From positions 320,001 through 384,000 of the forward strand of contig CAWAIK010000001.1 in assembly GCA_963782115.1 (NCBI GenBank): a stretch of DNA of 64,000 nt, read 5' to 3'. Origin of the DNA: an uncultured Verrucomicrobiae bacterium. Lineage in GTDB: Bacteria > Verrucomicrobiota > Verrucomicrobiia > Chthoniobacterales > JAFAMB01. Shown here piece by piece: positions 56,600-64,000 of the stretch (the first letter of the stretch is position 1; every line of letters starts with the position of its first letter). Under the pieces are notes generated by a model, which was not told the DNA's origin, searched no databases, and saw nothing but the letters and a program-made list of their open reading frames with translations. The position numbers and the translations under genes were made by a program.

Positions 56600-58275
56600 A
56601 ACAACGCGGGGAACAAGGTCGAACGTGTGAAAGCCGAACCCGATACTGAGCTTTCCAATTTCACCTCGCGCTGCTCGCCGCATATCATCAAGAAGCTGAT
56701 CTGCCCGTCGCACTAGTATTACTTTGTTAAGTATTTTCTTGCCAACTGGCTGCGGTTTTCGCAATATTGCGGGGCATGGAGTGGAATGCCAGGCTGTGGC
56801 GGCAAAGTATTGAGCGCTTCAAAGCCTTTATGATCCCGCTAGCCGCGCCGCTGGGGCGCAGCGAACGACGCACGGCTGCCACCAATTACGTGCAGGGCCT
56901 GCTTATGCCTGGTCAACGTAAGTCAATCGAACCGATGGCGGCAAGACTGGGTATCGAGGCGCAACGGCTCCAGCAATTTATGGCTGATAGTCCTTGGGAC
57001 GAGACCGAACTGTGGCGAGTAATTCGCCGAGAAGTGGTGCCGCACTTCGAACCCATTGAGGCCTGGATTGTCGACGAAACCGGCTGGCTCAAACAGGGCA
57101 AGAATTCGGTAGGAGTCGCTCATCAATATTGCGGGGCTGTCGGTAAGCAGGCCAATTGTCAGGTAAGCGTTGAACTGGTAGTCAGTGACGGTTTCGTGGC
57201 AGCGCCGGTGGGCGGTCGACTATACTTGCCGCAAAGCTGGATTGATGATCCCCAACGCTGCGCTAAGGCCGGGGTGCCTCCCGATGTGGGATTTGCCACC
57301 AAAAATGAAATCGCCCTAACTTTGATCGAACAGGCGCTTGCCGATCAAGTCGTCCCTGCTCCAGTGCTGGGTGACGCGGCCTATGGCAACGGCTTTGCGT
57401 TCCGCGCACACCTGCGCGAACTCAACTTGGAGTTTTTCTTGCAGGTGACTCCCGAGGAACACAAAGCCTGGATCCAAGAGGTGCCCACGACCCTCAAAGG
57501 CAAATACCGCATCGTGGACCAAGAGACCTCCCAGAACGCACGCAACCTTCTTGAGATTGCGGCTTCTCTACCGGCAGAGGCATGGAGGCATTGTTGGTGG
57601 AAAACCGCTACGGGAGCAAGACAACACACCCGTATAGCTTGGCAAGAGGTTTTCCTTGCGCGCGGACTTAAGGAACCACAGGGCCAGCTGGAGAAGCTTT
57701 GGTTGGTGGTCGATTGGCCCAAGGGAGCCAAAGAGCCTTACCATTGTTACCTGGCGCACTTCCATCGCGAGCCTTCCAAAGCGCTTTGCTTAAAACTTAG
57801 CCGTTCCCGATGGCACGTGGAACAATATTTCCAACGATCCAAAGATGACCTGGGATTAGATCATTACGAGGGCCGCTCTTGGCGGGGCTTTCATCACCAT
57901 CTTGTGATGAGCGCCATCGCCTACCTATTCATCTTGACAACCTACCTTGCGGCAAAAAAAAACTTCTGGTCTGACGTTGGAGAAGATCCTGGAAGCGATC
58001 CGGCCGTGGCTACTGAGATCGACCGGACACTGTCCCTATTGCCATTCGACATTCCCGGAGTTCCCCTGCCCGGTCGAGCAGCAATCCGCCCACATCCGTA
58101 AGGCCTGTCCCATTGCGACCGCGACGAGAAAGTTGTCCCCGATTTCCGATTCCAATTGCCACATCCTTTTTGTTAGAGCCGGCTGGCTGAGGTTTAGCAG
58201 GCAGGCAGTCCTGCCAAGATGCAGCTGTCCAGCCAAGGCCAGAAATGACCGGAAAAGCGCGAATTCCGTAACCAT
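56600..58275 (-). pseudogene. Second LysR paralog, split by IS701 and truncated
   Basis: LLDRAGEL (to 58059) rejoins VRRADQLL...GFGFHTFDLVPRVV (56712-56600) across the IS. Confidence 0.8.
56713..58058 (+). mobile_element. IS701-family element with its right end deleted
   Basis: Left end CTAGTATTACTT; transposase 56767-58101 with RKSIEPMA, IVDETGWLKQG..SVGV..QYCG..GK.ANCQ, DAAYG, LGLDHYEGRSW.GFHHH. Confidence 0.92.
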
Positions 58276-58338
58276 AAGTTATTACATCAATGAGAATATA
58301 CAATTGGAAGAATCGAATGGAGCACAACACATTCTTGC

Positions 58339-59086
58339 ATGTCAGAACTTTCAGCTCCCCACACCAAATCGCGAAATTTCTGCCTTCCTATCCAAAGGCA
58401 ACTCAATCCATCGACCATTCGATTTGCGCGAGCCGGAACCTACGCGATCTTTTTTGGAGATGGCCTGGGATTCGGTGTCTGGGCGGGTCATATTCCGATT
58501 TTCAAAGAGAAATTCCACCTAGGCGACGCGCAGCTAAGTGTCGCGTTGTTTGCTGTAGCCCTTGGAGCAATAGTTGCCATGCCAATCGTGGGGCACAGGC
58601 TTAGACGGTTCGGGAGCCGAGCTTTAACCGGTTTTTGTGCAAGTCTGTACGCAATTGCAATTGCCTGCCTCGCACATGCGCCATCCTATCCCCTGTTTGT
58701 ACTGGGGACTGCTCTTTTGGGCGCATGCAAAGGAAGTCTTGATGTGTCCATTAATGCTCAGGCCGTCGGAGTCGAGTCGGCCTATGGTCGCCCGATCATG
58801 TCGTCGTTTCAGGCCGCATGGAGCGTTGGTGGATTGGCCGGTGCGGCGCTCGCGGGGGCGGCTCTGCGCAGCGGGCTCGTCGCGGAAGAAAATCTCGCCG
58901 CAGCAGGCGCGTTCATCCTGGCGATTGCTTTCTGGAGCGTTCCCTATCTCATTCGGGAAAGGGCTGCAGGGCAGACCAGTTCGCTTGCCTCGCCGGACAA
59001 AGCTCTCCTCAGCGTTGCAGCCTTCACATTTCTGGCACTCTTCAGTGAGGGAACCATGGCAGACTGGAGCGGTGTTTATCTGCGCC
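58339..59086 (+). pseudogene. MFS transporter, C-terminally truncated
   Basis: DVSINAQAV.VE..YGRPIMSSF.AAWS.GG; stops shortly after EGTMADWSGVYL, about TM7-8. Confidence 0.8.
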
Positions 59087-59343
59087 AAAAAGAGACGGAA
59101 GACTATATCTCGGGCCGCTTCGGATAGTTGCAGAATGGCGATCGCAATTCGATGGGCTTCATCGATCCCAAGCGCATCCAGGTCAAGCTGCTGAAGACGG
59201 ATCTCGCGCTTGCCCTGACCTGGTGGTCGATCTCATTTCCTACCTCCAAACAAAAGGTGGTGGGCAATACGACCATGAACCTCCAAAAATTTGATGACGG
59301 TTGGAGGGTTGTCGCCGCTCATTCCGGTACCCCCGAAATGTAA
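59087..59343 (+). pseudogene. NTF2-like/DUF4440 C-terminal fragment
   Basis: MG.....IQVKLL..D.AL.L.WW....GNTT..L.KF.DGW.VV..HS, with an internal stop. Confidence 0.55.
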
Positions 59344-59640
59344 TTGGTCTTATAGCTAGGATGAAGCTTTCAGGTCTAGGCGCAGACCCGCTGGCAAAGC
59401 AAACCAGCATCATTTCCGCTGAAAGGCCGTCGAAAAAGGAAGCGGAGTTGATGGTCCAGCACCTCAACGCCGCGGTCAGGGAAACGTTCGATGAGCCGGC
59501 TCCTGAAATCCGCTGCGTCCGCCGCCGTCGCCGGCGCCTCTTCCGCAAAGTCGAGATAGTTCAGCATTTGATCGTACAGCTCCGCACCGCCCGGCAGGCC
59601 ATGCCCTTCACCCAACGTGGCTGACCAGAGCCCGTCGTGA

Positions 59641-61874
59641 TCACATCGCCGGCAATCGTGCGTCAAGCTCCGCAGAAGGAACGGAACTTTGGCTGGTGCG
59701 CAATCTGTCGTATAAACCGGAAAATCGCTGCGCGGAACGATCATTGTGAACGGCTATTGCGAGAGCCTTTCTTTGACCGACCAGGACCACGAGTCTCTTG
59801 CCTCGGGTCATTGCGGTGTATACCAGGTTCCGCTGCAAGAGAAGATAATGCTGCATGGCCAGAGGTACGATCACCGCCGGGAATTCTGATCCCTGGCTTT
59901 TATGGATTGTGATGGCGTAGGCCAGCGATAGCTCGTCCAGTTCGTTGAAATCGTAAAGCACATCCCGCTCCTCGAAACGGATTGCTAATTCCTGTTCGGT
60001 GAAATCAATGCTGACAACCTGGCCAATGTCGCCGTTGAAGACCTCTTTGTCGTAATTGTTCTTGGTCTGGATCACCTTATCTCGAAGCCGGAACTGCCAG
60101 CCGAAGCGCTCGACGACCGGCTCGTCGGCGCGCGGCGGATTTAGCCGGTCCTGCAAGAGAACGTTCATCGAGCGTGCCCCAAGGCTGCCACGGTTCATGG
60201 GAGTAAGTACCTGTACGTCAAGAATCGGATCAAGCCGCAGCTTCCCAGGGACGCGTTCTTTGGCCAGTTCGACGATCGTTGCCTGGATGCTTTCCGATTC
60301 CTCGCGCTCGATAAAGAAAAAATCTGAGTCCTCTCCTGGCAGGTGCAACTCCGGCATTAGCCCGGCGTTGACGCGATGAGCGTTGGTAACGATCCGGCTC
60401 GAAGCTGCCTGGCGGAAAACTTCCGTCAGGCGCACCACCGGCACGAGCTCGCTGCGAATGATCTCGGCCAACGCCGAACCCGGTCCGACGCTGGGCAACT
60501 GGTCCACATCGCCCACCATCAAAAGGTGAGCGCGCTCCGGCAAAGCTTGAATCAGCTTGTGCATTAGAGGTACATCAATCATTGAAGTTTCGTCAGCCAC
60601 CAACACGTCACACTGTAAGGGGTGCGCGGCGCTCCGGGCGAAGCCACCAGAAGCGGGTTGAAACTCCAGTAATCGATGAATGGTCTTGGCCTTCACGCCT
60701 GTCGCTTCACTCAGGCGCCTTGCTGCACGTCCCGTAGGGGCGCACAGCAGACAATTGAGTTTTTTCGCCCGGAGGATCAGCAGAATCGAATCTACCAGCG
60801 TCGTCTTTCCGACACCGGGGCCGCCTGTGATCACCAAAACCCGGGAGTCAAGCGCTCTTTGGAGGGCGTTCCGCTGGGTCGGCGCCAATTCCTTACCCGT
60901 CTTCTGCTGGGACCAGCCAACGGCTTTCTCGATATCGATCGGCGGCAAGCAAGACGAGGCTTTAGCCAACTTCTTCAACGAGGCGGCTATGCCATCTTCG
61001 GCACGCCTCAAGTAGGGTAGATAAAAGAGATCGTGTCCGCCAATCGGCTCATGCACTAATTCGTGGTCCAGCAGCAATCGCTCCAGGGCTTCGTGTGCGA
61101 TCGCTCCATCGATCTCAAGCAGTTTGGTGGCGCGCTCAATTAACGCCTCTTTCGGCAGAGCACAGTGCCCGTCACCCGTGGCTTCCAGTAGTGCGTGCTT
61201 GATCCCGGCTACCGCCCGCATAATTGAGTCACGCGCGATCCCAAGCTTCTGCGCCACGGTGTCGGCCGATTGAAACCCGATGCCCTGGATGTCCTTGGCA
61301 AGGGTATACGGATTGGCACGCACCGTCTCGATAGCCTTATCGCCGTAAGTTTTGTAGATGCGGACCGCGCGGCTCGTGCTAACTCCGTGAGAATGCAGGA
61401 AAATCATGATGTCGCGGACCGCCTTCTGCTCGGCCCATGCAGCTTTGATCTTTTGCCGGCGCCCCGGCCCGATTCCATTTACTTCTTCAAGTTGCACGGA
61501 GTAGTGGTCGATGACGGTGAAGATTTCCTCGCCAAATTTCTCCACCAGTTTTTTCGCGTAGACCGGACCGATGCCTTTGATCAATCCGCTGGCAAGGTAT
61601 TTCTCAATACCTTCCCGCGACGTTGGAGGGCTGGACTTCAGAAAGGTGGCTTTAAATTGGAGCCCGTGCTCTTTGTCCTGCACCCAGTTGCCCTGCGCCG
61701 TGATCCACTCACCGGCGTTGACGCTTGCAAGGGCTCCTACCACCGTCACCAGCTCCGGGCGGCCCTTCACTTTTACGCGCAGCACCACGAACCCCGTTTC
61801 TTCGCTGTGGAAGGTCACGCGCTCGATCAATCCAGAAAATCCCTCCTGTGGAGGCGACAATCGCGGGGTGTTCA
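59641..61874 (-). CDS. recD2: ATP-dependent RecD-like (RecD2) DNA helicase
   Basis: HhH IKGIGP, Walker A GGPGVGKTT, DETSM, GDVDQLPSVG, FRQA, TIHKSQGSE, YTAMTRGK; start uncertain (ORF open to 61992). Confidence 0.95.
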
Positions 61875-61987
61875 CGCTCCTTCTAAACCTCTCCGTACAC
61901 ATATTGTACCTAATGCGGTCGTGCAACTCTGAAGCAGTCTCATAGTGTATAGGAGTCCCTACAAGGTGCCTTTCTCTGGTGGCGAGC

Positions 61988-62024
61988 GTCATAAGTCAAC
62001 GGCTGACCCCACGGCTGACCCCAA
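61988..62024. repeat. Tandem ACGGCTGACCCC, REP-like
   Basis: GTCATAAGTCAACGGCTGACCCC-ACGGCTGACCCC between divergent genes. Confidence 0.6.
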
Positions 62025-62090
62025 CGGCGGTTAGGCGGGATTACCGATTTGAATTTTACCGGTTCGGCATTCTCGCCGATGGTCATCTGA

Positions 62091-62714
62091 ATGAAATTGG
62101 CGAATAAAATCACGATCGCACGTATCTGCCTCATCCCAGTATTTGGGATCTTTGCGTGGCAGTACGGCGCGAGGGTGGTGCGTGGCCGGCCAGCCGAGCA
62201 CGCCCGCGTGAGTGCGGCATTGGTGTTCATTCTGGCTGCCGCCATGGATGGCTTAGACGGATTTCTCGCTCGCCGTTTCAACCAGCGCAGCCGCCTCGGA
62301 GCGGTTTTGGATCCGATTGCTGACAAAGGCCTGGTGATGACGGCAATTGTTGTGCTGGCGCTCAGCAACCGGTCCAAAGGCTTTCCGATCTGGTTCCCGA
62401 TCGCAGTCATTGGTCGTGACGCGGTCCTCTTGATCGGTTTTCTGGCCCTTTCAAAAGCGATCGGACGCGTCGAGATTCGACCCAGCAAAATCGGAAAGAT
62501 TGCGACATTTCTTCAGATTGCGTCGATCCTTTGGCTATTGCTGCGCATCAGGCGGATTGACCAATTTTACCTGACGATGCTGGCAACTTTATGTACCGTC
62601 GTTTCCGGTCTGGGATATGTCGCTGACGGGATTCGCCAAGCCCAGGAGGGTGGGAGCATTGCGCATTCCAACTGGCAAGATGCGCAGCGATTCAGCGAGG
62701 AGTCACTGGATTAA
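62091..62714 (+). CDS. CDP-alcohol phosphatidyltransferase (PgsA-like)
   Basis: N.IT..R, D.LDG.LARR....S.LG..LDP.ADK. Confidence 0.9.
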   Translation: MKLANKITIARICLIPVFGIFAWQYGARVVRGRPAEHARVSAALVFILAAAMDGLDGFLARRFNQRSRLGAVLDPIADKGLVMTAIVVLALSNRSKGFPIWFPIAVIGRDAVLLIGFLALSKAIGRVEIRPSKIGKIATFLQIASILWLLLRIRRIDQFYLTMLATLCTVVSGLGYVADGIRQAQEGGSIAHSNWQDAQRFSEESLD

Positions 62715-62865
62715 CCGTCTCACGCAGATCACGACCCTGCGTGCTTTCAAATGATTGCGGCGACTGGATTATATGTTTTTTTATGCGCTGCGGGAATACT
62801 CTATGACTTTCCCAATCAATTGACGTTAATTCGCAAAATGACAGCGAGTGGCAGAGTGAGGACCG

Positions 62866-63675
62866 ATGGAAGGTAGTAAACAGCATTCCGGACCCGTCCT
62901 TTTGCGTGAGGACCAAGGCGCCGTCTCGATCCTTACGCTGAACCGGCCCGAGAAACTGAACGCGCTTAGCAATGATTTGATTTCTGCCATAATGAATGCT
63001 CTGGAGGACATCGAACTCGACCAGGCCATCCGAGTTATCGTCCTCACTGGCACGGGCCGCGCCTTCAGCTCTGGGGCCGACATTGCGGCGTTCCAACGCC
63101 ACATGGAGATGGGTCCGACCGAGGCGGTGGCGCACTTCATGCGGCCTGGCCACCAGATGACCCGGCGCGTTGAATCGTTCCCTAAACCGATCATCGCTGC
63201 GGTAAATGGGCTGGTATTCGGTGGCGGGTGCGAACTGGTGGAGGCTACCCATATTGCCCTCGCGGCGGAGGAGGCTTCCTTCTCGAAGGCCGAGATCAAC
63301 ATAGGGATCATTCCGACGTTCGGTGGCACCCAGCGACTGCCCCGAAACATCGGTCGGAAGGCAGCCATCGAGCTGATCCTGACTGGAAGGACCTTCGACG
63401 CCACCGAGGCGGCACGCCTTGGTTTGATCAACCGAGTTGTGGCCGGCTTCCATTTGCTCGCGGAGGCGGTCCAACTGGCGGAGGCGCTGGCAACAAAGCC
63501 GCCGCTTACCCTGGCCGCAGCATTGGCGGCGATACATCGCGGCATGGACGCGTCGATCGACGACGGCCTGGCGATAGAGGAAAATGCTTTTGCTCGCATC
63601 GTCCCGACCCATGATGCCCAGGAGGGTGTGGCGGCGTTCGTGGAGAAACGTCGCCCGACTTTTCTTGGCCGGTAG
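62866..63675 (+). CDS. Enoyl-CoA hydratase/isomerase
   Basis: LNRPEKLNAL, FSSGADI, GGGCEL, E...GIIP.FGGTQRLPR. Confidence 0.93.
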   Translation: MEGSKQHSGPVLLREDQGAVSILTLNRPEKLNALSNDLISAIMNALEDIELDQAIRVIVLTGTGRAFSSGADIAAFQRHMEMGPTEAVAHFMRPGHQMTRRVESFPKPIIAAVNGLVFGGGCELVEATHIALAAEEASFSKAEINIGIIPTFGGTQRLPRNIGRKAAIELILTGRTFDATEAARLGLINRVVAGFHLLAEAVQLAEALATKPPLTLAAALAAIHRGMDASIDDGLAIEENAFARIVPTHDAQEGVAAFVEKRRPTFLGR

Positions 63676-64000
63676 CCGTCGTTCAATCGCTTTACCGGTC
63701 CCTCGCCACCCGTCTGCGAGAACGGGATAAGCAAATCATCGCGTACTGCCGGTCCGCAGAATTTTCCCTCGCAGGACTGCGTGACACGATCCAAAAGGGG
63801 GTGCTCAGTTAAACGCTGGAGCCATTCGATCGAAATGCGCGCTAAACTGCAGATTTGTTTGGCTAGAATTTCATCAAAAGATTGAATTGTAGGACCGAAT
63901 CGTGGCGATCGCGTGCGATTGGCCACTGTTGCGTCGAGGCGACGCCCGGAACATTGCCGGTCGCAAACCCGCCATAAAGATTCTTGGTCAGCGCATCGGA

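Noticed and set aside
62692..63926. Long minus-strand ORFs of 306 and 366 aa
   Set aside because: Antisense shadows of the enoyl-CoA hydratase gene

Overview
A 64-kb bacterial chromosomal window of moderately high GC. The gene set and intergenic repeat style suggest a soil Verrucomicrobia-like genome, but this is inference only. Intact genes include malQ, malE, a sugar ABC transporter, a GH15 glycosidase, a metallophosphoesterase, xth, an amino-acid permease, glnS, tRNA-Leu(TAA), a ribitol-dehydrogenase-like SDR, an MscK-like channel, RecD2, a PgsA-like enzyme and an enoyl-CoA hydratase. They sit in a dense mosaic of roughly 30 short gene fragments. From tRNA-Leu (36.0 kb) to about 58 kb lies a decayed mobile region with a TraK/TraL/TraM (StbABC)-like operon, phased TGGAAA repeats, a possible relaxase relic, an excisionase, HigBA and a dif-like site. 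The same region holds a 335-bp gene-less transposon with TGT ends and seven 19-bp TnsB-type sites, an IS630, an ORF-less group II intron inside a long hairpin, an integrase split by an IS5/ISNCY-like element, and an IS701 inside a LysR gene. Partial tRNA-Glu and tRNA-Pro copies look like att relics. No CRISPR array, rRNA or reverse transcriptase was seen. All calls are by eye, with no database searches.
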